This document shows positions 7,630-19,125 of a DNA stretch of 64,000 nt, piece after piece. Under the pieces are notes generated by a model. The model was not told the DNA's origin. It saw only the letters and a program-made list of their open reading frames with translations, and did not search any database. Every line of letters begins with the position of its first letter. The first letter of the stretch is position 1. Origin of the DNA: Candidatus Peregrinibacteria bacterium GW2011_GWF2_39_17 (GTDB taxonomy: Bacteria; Patescibacteriota; Gracilibacteria; UBA1369; UBA12473); NCBI GenBank assembly GCA_000993615.1, contig LBWM01000003.1, positions 16,125 to 80,124 of the forward strand. The letters are read 5' to 3'. Both the position numbers and the translations under genes were made by a program.

Positions 7630-9378
7630 TTAGGTATTGTCCATCACAGCCCCAGTATTGGCGCTTTGAACATGTTGAGTGTAACGCCCAAGCCAGCCAC
7701 GTTTAACTTTAGGTTCAAAAATAGGCAAGGCCTCTAAACGCCGAGTTATTTCTTCATCAGCTAATTGGACATTAATAGTTCTTTTTTCGGCATCAATCTC
7801 AATAAGATCCCCTTCCTCAATTACTGCGATTGGGCCTCCGGCCGCAGCTTCTGGCGAAATATGCCCAATACAGAGCCCTCTGGTCCCACCGGAAAATCGG
7901 CCATCAGTAATCAAAGCCGCCTTAATCCCCCGCCCCTTAATCGCGGAAGTCGGAGAAAGCATTTCTTGCATTCCTGGCCCGCCCTTTGGGCCTTCATACT
8001 TGAGAACCACCACATCATTGTCCACTATTTTTCCCTTTAAAATGGCGTCCATGGCCTCTTCTTGAGAATGATAAACTTTGGCCGTCCCTCTAAATTGCAT
8101 CATTTCTGGTTCCACGCCAGCTATCTTAACCACGCCACCCTGTGGAGCGATATTGCCGTAAAGAACAGCTAGCCCACCTGTTTTAGAAAAAGCTTTTTCC
8201 CCAGTTCTAATCACGTCTTGATCAGCTTTGGGAGCAGATAGCACGTTTTCCCGAAGTGTTCCCACACAAGTGGGTAAATCGAGATTAAGCGGCGCTCGCC
8301 CCTCCTCATAAATAGCTTTCAAAATAGCAGAAATTCCACCAACTCGATGCACATCTTCCAGGTGAACATCCGGGCGAGAGGGCGAAACTTTACAAATATT
8401 AGAGGTTAAATCTGATAAACGATTAAGTTCTTCCAATGGGTAGACAATTCCGGCTTCATGCGCCAGGGCTAAAGTATGAAGAACCGTATTGGTAGATCCT
8501 CCCATGGCCAAATCCAAAATAAAAGCATTATCAATCGACTCCTTGGTCACAATATCACGAGGTAAAATTTTATTCTTCAATAAATACCCGATTGTTTCTC
8601 CGGCCTTTTCAATAAATTCAGCTCTTTCTGGATTAATTTCCCAAGTTTGCTTGCTTTTATCCACCCAAATCGCGGCTGGAATCGTTCCGTTTCCAGGCAT
8701 GGCCAAACCAATGGCTTCTGCCAAACAATTCATAGAATTAGCGGTAAACATGCCGGCACAACTTCCACAAGTTTTACATGCACTTTCCGCCAATTCCTGT
8801 AACTGCATTTCGCTCATTTGCCCCGCGGATTGTTTTCCCACGCCTTCAAATACCGTGATTAAATCAGATTTATTTTTGCCGGCCAACATAGGCCCCCCAC
8901 TAACATACAACGAAGGAATATTTAATCTGACCATGGCATTGAGCATGCCGGGCACAATTTTGTCACAATTACCAATTCCAATCCAGGCATCACAAGGATG
9001 AGCCCCGACAATAGTTTCAATCTGATCAGCGATTAATTCACGCGAAGGCAAGGAATATTTCATTCCAAAATGCCCCATGGCAATTCCATCATCCACCGCG
9101 CCTCCAATATTGGCATACCAAACATTGTAACCTTTATTTTTGAGTACTTTGACCAGAAGTTCGCCCAATTTATCCAAATGTACATGCCCAGGAATTTGCG
9201 TTGTATAGGAATTAATAATGGTAATAAAAGGTTTTTCTCGATCAGAAATTTTCTCAAGCACTCCAGCTGCAATCATTAGAGAAGCAGCCGGTAACATGTG
9301 ATTCCCTTCGGCCACAATGCGACTACCGCGCTTTTGAATGGCCTCGAATCCGGGATTAAGGGGTTCAGAAATAGACAT
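7630..9378 (-). CDS. ilvD: Dihydroxy-acid dehydratase (IlvD/Edd family)
   Basis: '[11 protein letters not shown]', 'GGPMLAG', '[14 protein letters not shown]', '[10 protein letters not shown]' and '[12 protein letters not shown]'. The ORF extends to 9486, but the ATG at 9378 (MSISEP...) removes a non-homologous hydrophobic leader. Confidence 0.9.
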   Translation of the reverse strand: MSISEPLNPGFEAIQKRGSRIVAEGNHMLPAASLMIAAGVLEKISDREKPFITIINSYTTQIPGHVHLDKLGELLVKVLKNKGYNVWYANIGGAVDDGIAMGHFGMKYSLPSRELIADQIETIVGAHPCDAWIGIGNCDKIVPGMLNAMVRLNIPSLYVSGGPMLAGKNKSDLITVFEGVGKQSAGQMSEMQLQELAESACKTCGSCAGMFTANSMNCLAEAIGLAMPGNGTIPAAIWVDKSKQTWEINPERAEFIEKAGETIGYLLKNKILPRDIVTKESIDNAFILDLAMGGSTNTVLHTLALAHEAGIVYPLEELNRLSDLTSNICKVSPSRPDVHLEDVHRVGGISAILKAIYEEGRAPLNLDLPTCVGTLRENVLSAPKADQDVIRTGEKAFSKTGGLAVLYGNIAPQGGVVKIAGVEPEMMQFRGTAKVYHSQEEAMDAILKGKIVDNDVVVLKYEGPKGGPGMQEMLSPTSAIKGRGIKAALITDGRFSGGTRGLCIGHISPEAAAGGPIAVIEEGDLIEIDAEKRTINVQLADEEITRRLEALPIFEPKVKRGWLGRYTQHVQSANTGAVMDNT

Positions 9379-9528
9379 ACTAAAAGGATAGTAAGGAATA
9401 ATATAGAAGGAGTATAGCAAAACCTCTTCTCTGGAGTAAAGACCAACGACTTCAAGTGTTTGGCAGCCAAGGAGACAAGAATTCATCCGATCTTGTGTAA
9501 TTCGTAGGGCGAATCATGAGGGAAAAGG

Positions 9529-11619
9529 TTAATCCGCGAACTGGACATTTCTGGGTCGAAAAAATTGATTCACTTCTTCTGCAGAAGCAACGGAGTCATA
9601 ACCTTTATTGGAGGGAAAATATTCAGATCCTTCATAATGAAATAATCCATCTTCTTTTTGAACATACCAATCCTGTTTCATAACGGCCAAGGGTTTATCA
9701 GGATTTTGCGTATTGTAATATTTTAGTGTTGCGTGACGGTAAGCGATATAGGCCTTAGGCGGTGACGCTTTCCTGTCTAAGCCACAATCTGTAAGAACGT
9801 TAAATTCACCGACAGGGCCTCTCTGATGTGTTGGAAGCTTTTCAAGCATTTCTCGAACTTGACGATCTTCCGGGGATCCAAAACGGACTTGCTCTCCGGG
9901 GATAATTTCTCCCAGAGAAGGCTCCGTCTTTTCTCCCATTTCAGGTTTTACTCGCGTGGATTCACCGGGAGGGATCACACTCCCCCTTGATCCCTCATCG
10001 TATTCAGGCGAAGAAGGAATGCCCTCCTCTAACCTCTTAGTGGGCGTGGCATCCATCGAAATCCATTGGGTACCCTCCCAAATTTCAGCCCATCCGTGCC
10101 GCCCATCTCCCCCCGTTAAGATCGTTTTCCCATCGTGAGGAATGGCTCCATACCCTCCTAAACGACGGGCCGGAATCCCGATTTCGCGACACAATGCAAC
10201 AAAAAAGGTATTCGCGACATCGCAATCGGCCTTACGAGTCTGATCCAATCGTTTCATAAATTCCCTGCTCCCATTTTCGTGATAATACTCACTGACTGAC
10301 GCATCTTTTGAATAAAAAAATTGTTCAACTATAAATTCTTTGATTTTTTGGGCTTTCTCTAGGGGGCTCAAATCATCTCTCCTCCCCAATTCATCCACTA
10401 GAGCTTGAGTATCTTCTTGCAAAGGAGCTCCGCGTAAAATATCTTCCGTCTCAACGGACGAAGGAGGAGTATTCTCTTGATAAGTCTCATCTTTGCTAAA
10501 CTCCAAAGAATATTCCACCGGCAGTGCACTTCCAAAAATAAGATGCGCGATGCCGTACTGATCCTGCTTGACAATAACAGTAGTTCCAGGATTGGTGGTG
10601 ATGGAATCAGATTTTATTCTATATCCCTCGGGCAGAGGAATGATGATTTCTTGCCGCGCTTTTCCACTTAAGGTATGGATGTCCTCTAATCCTTCACCAA
10701 AAGCATAATCCGACAATGAGATTTCGTCTATTTCCCATTCCCGACCATTGTAAAGGCTATAAACTGTAGTCGTATAATTCCCTTCCAAGGGGGGAGAAAT
10801 TTCATAATACCACGCGCGTGGAGCAAGTACCTCCACCTCACGATCTTCTGATTCGGGATTCTCTTGTGATTTTGTGCTTTCATCTTCTGCGTTTTCCCTA
10901 TTTCTCTCCTCTGCCCCTCCTGCTTGCTCATTTTCCTCCCCCTCTTTCTCGCTTTCAGTCGCTTGACTGCTTTTCTCTTCTTTCCCTGGCTGCTCATCTA
11001 TTTCGGGTTTTTCCCCTGTTTCTTTTTCGCCTTCTTTCCTTATCCCTTCCTGGCCTTTTTCTCCACTACTGCCTTTCTTCTCTACTTTCCTTCCCGACTT
11101 ATCTGACTTTTTTGTATCTTTTCCCTTTTCTGAAGATTCATCTTTATTTGAAGGAAATAAATATCCATCAATCCTTTTTTCTCCCTTCTGCCCTACCACT
11201 TTGAGCTTCCATCGCCCAGCCTCCAGATAAACAGACAGAGTATCAGCGGGGTAGATTAAGGTAATATCTCCAACCGTGTCCTTATTTTCAGGGTTATTAC
11301 TCAAGTAATCCAAACAAAAAAACATCATTTGTTTAGAGGTTGGACTTTCAGATCCTCTTTTCCCCTTCTTAAATGCTTCTAGAAGCATTTTACTCACGGA
11401 AATTCCCTTCCGTTCAATCGCGTAATCATGCTCTGGACTTGCTACTTCCTTGAAAATTCCCTGTGCTAAATTGAGACGTTCCTGAGATAGTTCTCCTGCA
11501 AATGCTTCGCGATAAGAACGATACACCTCTTCCCTTTCCTCGGGATTCATCTTTACCCAATTAATTTTTGGTTTTTTATATTCCTTTCCGTGATAGGAGT
11601 GAGATTCTAATCGCGACAT
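9529..11619 (-). CDS. Transglutaminase-like domain protein with a long E/K/G/S-rich low-complexity linker
   Basis: The transglutaminase core reads 'ADCDVANTFFVALCREIGIPARRLGGYG...GRHGWAEIWEGTQWISMDATP' (Cys...His...Asp). About 110 aa of charged low complexity is encoded by a CT-rich plus-strand tract at ~10820-11150. Confidence 0.75.
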   Translation of the reverse strand: MSRLESHSYHGKEYKKPKINWVKMNPEEREEVYRSYREAFAGELSQERLNLAQGIFKEVASPEHDYAIERKGISVSKMLLEAFKKGKRGSESPTSKQMMFFCLDYLSNNPENKDTVGDITLIYPADTLSVYLEAGRWKLKVVGQKGEKRIDGYLFPSNKDESSEKGKDTKKSDKSGRKVEKKGSSGEKGQEGIRKEGEKETGEKPEIDEQPGKEEKSSQATESEKEGEENEQAGGAEERNRENAEDESTKSQENPESEDREVEVLAPRAWYYEISPPLEGNYTTTVYSLYNGREWEIDEISLSDYAFGEGLEDIHTLSGKARQEIIIPLPEGYRIKSDSITTNPGTTVIVKQDQYGIAHLIFGSALPVEYSLEFSKDETYQENTPPSSVETEDILRGAPLQEDTQALVDELGRRDDLSPLEKAQKIKEFIVEQFFYSKDASVSEYYHENGSREFMKRLDQTRKADCDVANTFFVALCREIGIPARRLGGYGAIPHDGKTILTGGDGRHGWAEIWEGTQWISMDATPTKRLEEGIPSSPEYDEGSRGSVIPPGESTRVKPEMGEKTEPSLGEIIPGEQVRFGSPEDRQVREMLEKLPTHQRGPVGEFNVLTDCGLDRKASPPKAYIAYRHATLKYYNTQNPDKPLAVMKQDWYVQKEDGLFHYEGSEYFPSNKGYDSVASAEEVNQFFRPRNVQFAD

Positions 11620-11640
11620 AAATTAAGGGCAAAGAAATCT

Positions 11641-12054
11641 TCAATATTTTAAATAATCACCCTTATTAGGCAAAGGAGGAGGGGTTGGGACTGGAGGATC
11701 TTTTGTTAATTTTTCCATAATTCTCATCCCTTCCGCATGACTGGCAGAATCCAATGGCTTTCCAAATTGTGACAAATTAGGATTTTTCACTCCCTCAAGT
11801 AACCCTTTTCCAATATCAACAACTCCTCGCAAAATTTTTCCCCATGAATAATCTGCATTCGGCTTTAGTTCATTAGCAACACGGGCCATCAATGTTTTTA
11901 ATTCCTTTTTTGTTCCAGGATTTCCTTTCTCTGTGCCATTTTCTAGTTTAGACGAAACAGAGAAATTATTTCCCATCTGAGATTTTTCTTTAAGATAAAT
12001 TTTCAAATGCCAACTGGTATTAGTTAAAAAATGATTAAATTTGGTTGATAACAT
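11641..12054 (-). CDS. Hypothetical small protein
   Basis: 137-aa ORF, same strand as and 22 nt upstream of the transglutaminase-like gene. No motif recognised. Confidence 0.45.
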   Translation of the reverse strand: MLSTKFNHFLTNTSWHLKIYLKEKSQMGNNFSVSSKLENGTEKGNPGTKKELKTLMARVANELKPNADYSWGKILRGVVDIGKGLLEGVKNPNLSQFGKPLDSASHAEGMRIMEKLTKDPPVPTPPPLPNKGDYLKY

Positions 12055-12131
12055 AAAAAAAGGCTAAAAATATATCTTTTAATTATACCTTGTTTTTTAA
12101 CTAAAATCCAGAAATTTTAACCTAAATACCC

Positions 12132-14060
<1,929 letters not shown>

Positions 14061-14114
14061 TTAATCGGACGCAATCTAGCATAAAAATAGCGAAGGGGGA
14101 ACTTGATTTTTTTA

Positions 14115-16586
14115 TTATTCACCCAAAAAAGCAGACGCAACTTCTTCTGCTAAATTAGTAACGGCAATGTCACCTACCGTAAACTCATAATCGTCATAAG
14201 TGGCTGTAATTCCAGAGGCCATTCGTTCGTTGGCCGCATAACTGAAATTTACCTTAAATACCTTTCCCTGACTCGATATTTCAGATGCAATGATAAAAAT
14301 ATTTTTTTCTAAATCCGCAATCGTAATACCCGTCTCCGAGATTATTAATCCAACGTTATTTACTAAATCTTCACGTACCAAATTCAGAGCTAATGTTTCG
14401 GCTGAGGATGAAGAGGAAGAGGAGGTTTCTCCATTTGTTTCTTGGGATTGAATAGTTACTCCGGTACTAGTCTGCGATTGCGTAAACTCAATTACGGCTT
14501 GTTTTAAATTTTCAAGCTTAACACCAACCGAAAAGGCCTGACCATCAATTTTAAAATCATAAATAATGCCAGTAACACGATCATAATTACCTTTAATTGG
14601 AGTTAAATTTACTCGTCCTCCTTCAATACTAAATAATCGATAATCAGGATCTCCCAAGGGATAGAGCGCCACAAAATAGATTCCTTCCTGGTTAAAAGCC
14701 TTCTCGCTTTGAATTATGGCTTCATCAAGTGTGATTGAAGACTGTGGTACCTCCTGATTCTTCAAACTTCTAATATAGAGGATAAGCTCAGCCAAATCTT
14801 GCTCCTTTGCTAAGTAAGTAGCATACTTTTCCTCAAAAGTTCCTTGATCGGCTAATCGATAATCTGAAGATCCAATAAATTGAAATTCTAATCCTAATTC
14901 GGCTAGCTGCGAAACAAAATAATCCATAATTGCGGTTTTATTGGTAATATCTTTTAACATCTCTTGAGCATCAGCAAGCAACAAATAACCTAAATCTGTG
15001 CCAGTTTCGATACTCACCTTTTTTTGGTCAATTAAAGCTATCAAGCGGTTCAAAACTCGTATTTTATCCTGAATAAAAGCCTGACGAGCTTCGTTTAAGC
15101 TTGATTCATCTGCTGTGAAGGAAATAATCGTATCTTCCAATTGAGTTAAAACGGCGTATAGATTTACCTGATAGAAGGTATCTTCGCGGTATAAAAGATT
15201 TTGTAAAATTTGCCTTTCTTCGGTTAGGGTTTTTATCCAATCCACTAATTTGGTTCTTTCCTTCTGAATTAAGGTTAACCACCCTTTATTGTAATCGACA
15301 AGTGCTTGTTTTCCTCTTGCTAACTCACCCTGCCCTAATAAATCATAGATTTCGTTTAAACGATCACGAGAAATAGAAAGTTGCAAGCTTAAGCGAGTAT
15401 CGCTAGCTGCTAATTCCGCATTAATAGCTCTCAGCGTTTCCTTGGCCGAATAAAATTTGTCTCCCCACAAAACTGCTTGAAAAACATGACTCAAGGGTTT
15501 TAATTTTTCTTGATTTTTTATGTTCATGCCTTGTTTAAATTGATTTAGCCGAGCAAGCCCTGCATCTTCTTTCCCCTGACTCATTAAATAAAGAGCCTGA
15601 TATAGAATTTGCAAAGTTTCATCTTCTTCAAGTGTAAAAAGATGCTGCTTATCGAGAGTTAACCAGTTGCGGATAATTTTGTAATACGAAAAAAATGTAT
15701 ATTTTAAAGTACCTTGAGTATACCCCGCATCTCCTTCTCGCCGTAACTTACTAATAAAATCACTTTTCTTTTGATTTAAACGATCTAAATCTGTTTTTAG
15801 AGCTATTGACCAACTTTGATCCTCATTTTCAGGAGAAACATACAGAGAAGGATATTCCTTTGTTAACTTGGTATATTGTAGCTGTTCAATTTGCGGATTC
15901 AAACGCTTTTCATTAATTTCAACCTGATAAGATTCAGTTAATAAATAATCATTTAAAACATTCTTCTTATCTGTATCATCTAAAAAAGTTAATCTTACCG
16001 GATGATGGGCTGCAAATACATTAACTAGCGCATCTTTATAACTAATAAGAGACGAAGCTTTTTCTGGGTTGATTTTTATTCGATTAGTGACCACGTCGAT
16101 AGCGGCCCGACCCTGAATCGTACTTATCCAAACCGATCCGGCATGAAGAATAATTTTAAGCTGCATGGGATCAGTTCGCAAATTAACCTCCTGGAAAACA
16201 ACTTCCGTATTAGGTAATAACCGGATTAAGTCTGAAGAATCAAAAAAAATACCTAGTTCACTACTATTTTCAGTCCTAAAAGTGACTCCGGAAGCCAATG
16301 GGATTCCTTGCTCAAAAGGTTCAAAAAGAGAAGTATCAGTGATGCTAGATGCGGTAGTGACTGGCGCTTGATCCGTTTTGGTTAGGATTGAAACTTTACC
16401 TTTTACCACATATTCAACCAAAGCCTTCTGATCTTCGGGGCCTCCCTTAAAATGCTGTTCTCCCCAAATTGACATTAAAAAAAATCCCAGCGCTAAAACC
16501 ATCAAGAATAAGAGGACTGAAATGCTTAACGGTTTAAGAAAAACAGCTTTATTTTGGGAAGAAATCAGAGGATCAGAGGAGGGCAT
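14115..16586 (-). CDS. Large hypothetical membrane-anchored protein
   Basis: 823-aa ORF with one N-terminal TM helix ('ISVLLFLMVLALGFFLMSIW'), followed by a long, mostly helical extracytoplasmic region. No catalytic motif recognised. Confidence 0.55.
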   Translation of the reverse strand: MPSSDPLISSQNKAVFLKPLSISVLLFLMVLALGFFLMSIWGEQHFKGGPEDQKALVEYVVKGKVSILTKTDQAPVTTASSITDTSLFEPFEQGIPLASGVTFRTENSSELGIFFDSSDLIRLLPNTEVVFQEVNLRTDPMQLKIILHAGSVWISTIQGRAAIDVVTNRIKINPEKASSLISYKDALVNVFAAHHPVRLTFLDDTDKKNVLNDYLLTESYQVEINEKRLNPQIEQLQYTKLTKEYPSLYVSPENEDQSWSIALKTDLDRLNQKKSDFISKLRREGDAGYTQGTLKYTFFSYYKIIRNWLTLDKQHLFTLEEDETLQILYQALYLMSQGKEDAGLARLNQFKQGMNIKNQEKLKPLSHVFQAVLWGDKFYSAKETLRAINAELAASDTRLSLQLSISRDRLNEIYDLLGQGELARGKQALVDYNKGWLTLIQKERTKLVDWIKTLTEERQILQNLLYREDTFYQVNLYAVLTQLEDTIISFTADESSLNEARQAFIQDKIRVLNRLIALIDQKKVSIETGTDLGYLLLADAQEMLKDITNKTAIMDYFVSQLAELGLEFQFIGSSDYRLADQGTFEEKYATYLAKEQDLAELILYIRSLKNQEVPQSSITLDEAIIQSEKAFNQEGIYFVALYPLGDPDYRLFSIEGGRVNLTPIKGNYDRVTGIIYDFKIDGQAFSVGVKLENLKQAVIEFTQSQTSTGVTIQSQETNGETSSSSSSSAETLALNLVREDLVNNVGLIISETGITIADLEKNIFIIASEISSQGKVFKVNFSYAANERMASGITATYDDYEFTVGDIAVTNLAEEVASAFLGE

Positions 16587-16756
16587 TTTTTATACCTTAC
16601 ATTAATTTTACATGACTTATTTATTATAACACTTTTTTTAATATTTCGCCTTAGAATTTTCTAAAAAATGAATTCTACTGACCTTTGAATTTCAAAATAC
16701 GATTGCCTTTAAAAAAGGCTTGTGTACAATGAAATCCATTATTTAATTTTTAAAAA

Positions 16757-18538
16757 ATGAATTCACGTTCTTACCTTACGCGGTCTTTGGGACTTTTTTT
16801 AATCTTGTTACTAACAACTTTAGGGTGCGGTATTTCTCAAGTACAGGCAACCTTCCGGGATACGGAAACTACACCATATCAAGAGGCTATTGATTATTTG
16901 CAATCCCAAGGATCAATTCAAGGTTATCGCAATGGCACGGAATTTCAGCCAAACGCTGCTATTAATTTAGCCTCTTTTCTTAAAATAGCCTTAACCAACT
17001 TTGGCTTTGACCCACAAGCCAATCGGATTAGTCGTGTTCTTAATCCTTTTACGGATATTCCGCAAAAAGCCTGGTTTGCTTCTTATTTTCAGCGAGGTTG
17101 GGAAATTAACATGCTGAACAACACGACGACTATTAATCCCGGAAAATCGCTTACTAGAGCTGAGGGCGTGCAATTAATTTTAAAATTATTAAATATCAAT
17201 ACTCCACGGGTAATAAGCGCTGATGAATGGTCTTCTGATTACCTGGACGTGGATTCACAATCATGGTTTGCGCCAATTGTTTTTTATGGTCAAAATTATG
17301 AATTACTAACAAATTTGTCTCCCGATAACAGCCGCTACTTTCGCCCACACGATTTTTTAACTAGAGGAGAAGCAGCTCAACTTATTTACAACATGGATTT
17401 ATTCCTTTATAAAACCGCGCTTAAATTTAACATAAGCGAATCCTTACTGGACGAAAATCTAAATTTTGTAATTCCCAATCTTGATTTATTTGTAGATGTT
17501 TGGAATCGGGTAAATCATAACTACTACAAAACTGAAGAGATTGACCAAAATACCTTAATTTACCAGGCTATTAAGGGGATGGTAAATGGGCTAGGAGATG
17601 CCCATAGTGTCTTTTTTAATCCTGAAGAAACCGGTGAATTCACTCAAGCCATTGAGGGTAAATTTGGCGGGATCGGGGTCTTTTTAAGAAAAACAGATGA
17701 TGGCCTAAGAATAGAGGGTTTTGTAATTAATTCTCCGGCTGAAGCCTCGGGCCTCAAATATGATGATTTAATCATTGGGGTTGACGACGTACTTTTTACA
17801 AACCAATCAGTGGACACCATTACGAACATGATTAAGGGTGATCCAAACACGAATGTAACCCTGATTATTAAACGAGAAGGCGCATCAACACCTCTAAAAT
17901 TCGTAATTACCAGGGAAATTATTGACCTTGGAGTTATGCAGGGAGAAATGAAAAATAATGCTATTTATGTGGATATCAATACTTTTGACCAAAATGGAGC
18001 AGTTGATTTTGAAACAACCATTAAGAATCTCATTTCCAAAAATTCCAACTTTAAAGGATTTATATTCGACTTGCGTAATAATGGAGGTGGCTACCTTTCG
18101 ACGGTGCACCAAATGCTTGGTCATTTTATTCCAAATGGAGATCCTGTGGTTTACGAAGAATTTAGGTCGGATTATCTACTGATCTACTCCTCACTTGGCC
18201 AAGGAGAATGGCGAAATTATCCAATTGTCATCTTAATTAACGAAGGAACGGCTTCAGCTTCAGAGATTATGGCTTTGGCACTTAAAGAAAAAAACAACGC
18301 AGTTTTAGTTGGAACAAAAAGTTATGGCAAGGGTACGGTCCAAAATGTGTATCCCTATTCTGATGGCTCTCAACTTAATTTAACAGTGGCCAAGTGGTTG
18401 AGTCCACTCATGAACAATATTGATGGAGTTGGAATTACTCCGGACTATGTTGTTACTCAAACCCAAGAAGACCTGAAAAATAATCGTGACCCTCAATTAG
18501 AAAAGGCTTTAGAAATTTTCAAGGGACTTACACGCTAA
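16757..18538 (+). CDS. S41 C-terminal processing peptidase with N-terminal SLH-like repeats and a PDZ domain
   Basis: Signal peptide present. SLH-like 'YQEAIDYLQSQGSIQGYRNGTEFQP'. PDZ-like 'GVFLRKTDDGLRIEGFVINSPAEASGLKYDDLIIGVDD'. S41 motifs are 'DLRNNGGG', 'NEGTASASEI' and 'SYGKGTVQ'. Confidence 0.85.
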   Translation: MNSRSYLTRSLGLFLILLLTTLGCGISQVQATFRDTETTPYQEAIDYLQSQGSIQGYRNGTEFQPNAAINLASFLKIALTNFGFDPQANRISRVLNPFTDIPQKAWFASYFQRGWEINMLNNTTTINPGKSLTRAEGVQLILKLLNINTPRVISADEWSSDYLDVDSQSWFAPIVFYGQNYELLTNLSPDNSRYFRPHDFLTRGEAAQLIYNMDLFLYKTALKFNISESLLDENLNFVIPNLDLFVDVWNRVNHNYYKTEEIDQNTLIYQAIKGMVNGLGDAHSVFFNPEETGEFTQAIEGKFGGIGVFLRKTDDGLRIEGFVINSPAEASGLKYDDLIIGVDDVLFTNQSVDTITNMIKGDPNTNVTLIIKREGASTPLKFVITREIIDLGVMQGEMKNNAIYVDINTFDQNGAVDFETTIKNLISKNSNFKGFIFDLRNNGGGYLSTVHQMLGHFIPNGDPVVYEEFRSDYLLIYSSLGQGEWRNYPIVILINEGTASASEIMALALKEKNNAVLVGTKSYGKGTVQNVYPYSDGSQLNLTVAKWLSPLMNNIDGVGITPDYVVTQTQEDLKNNRDPQLEKALEIFKGLTR

Positions 18539-18567
18539 AATGGACAAGCCTGTCTTTAAAAGCGCTA

Positions 18568-19098
18568 CTAAGCTCCAAATAAACCTGCCAGAAACCGTAT
18601 CTTGAGGCGCGAGTTTCGACGGTGTAGGGATCTTGGTTTTCTAATAAAACCCCTTATCTGATTTTGATGTTGAATAAGGAATAGACGCCAATTTTTTTTG
18701 AGCCAATTTTTTTGAAAAAGGAGATCTTGCCCAAAGCCGCGTGCCTTGAGTTCCTTATCGACAACTCCTCCGGCATGTGGTGTACAAAATTTTTGTTCAA
18801 GTGGAGAGCTAAATCCATGCACATAATGTACTAGTTCATGTGCGATGGTAAGATCTACTACAATCAGAGGGATTTTTTCAATTTGAAATAAACGATTTAT
18901 TAAAATGCGTGATTTTTTTTTGTCGCGTAATAAACGAATTGAACCAAGCCTGGTACGAGCTGCTTGTCCAAATTTAATTTCGATTTTATTAGCTGGGATA
19001 AGATCAGAGAATCCCCTTTCTAGTACCTGGTGCATTCTATCTTCCAACCATTTTTGATTACGCGGAGATGATTTTTCCATCAAGAAAAACCTTCGCAT
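18568..19098 (-). CDS. SprT/DUF45-like zinc metallopeptidase
   Basis: HExxH in 'IAHELVHYVHGF', preceded by 'RTRLGSIRL...ILINRL', a layout similar to YgjP/SprT proteins. Confidence 0.5.
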   Translation of the reverse strand: MRRFFLMEKSSPRNQKWLEDRMHQVLERGFSDLIPANKIEIKFGQAARTRLGSIRLLRDKKKSRILINRLFQIEKIPLIVVDLTIAHELVHYVHGFSSPLEQKFCTPHAGGVVDKELKARGFGQDLLFQKNWLKKNWRLFLIQHQNQIRGFIRKPRSLHRRNSRLKIRFLAGLFGA

Positions 19099-19125
19099 AG
19101 TTTTTATAATTCCTCAAGAGCATCG

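Noticed and set aside
8489-9279. Plus-strand ORFs antisense to ilvD (8489..9001, 9070..9279) and the N-terminal 36-aa extension of ilvD (9379..9486)
   Set aside because: They lie fully inside a strongly conserved minus-strand gene. The extension is hydrophobic junk with no counterpart in IlvD proteins.
10818-11204. Plus-strand ORFs in the CT-rich tract (10818..11204, 10924..11106) and minus-strand ORF 10728..10997
   Set aside because: These are low-complexity shadows (Leu/Phe/Pro/Ser strings) of the E/K-rich linker of the 696-aa transglutaminase-like gene.
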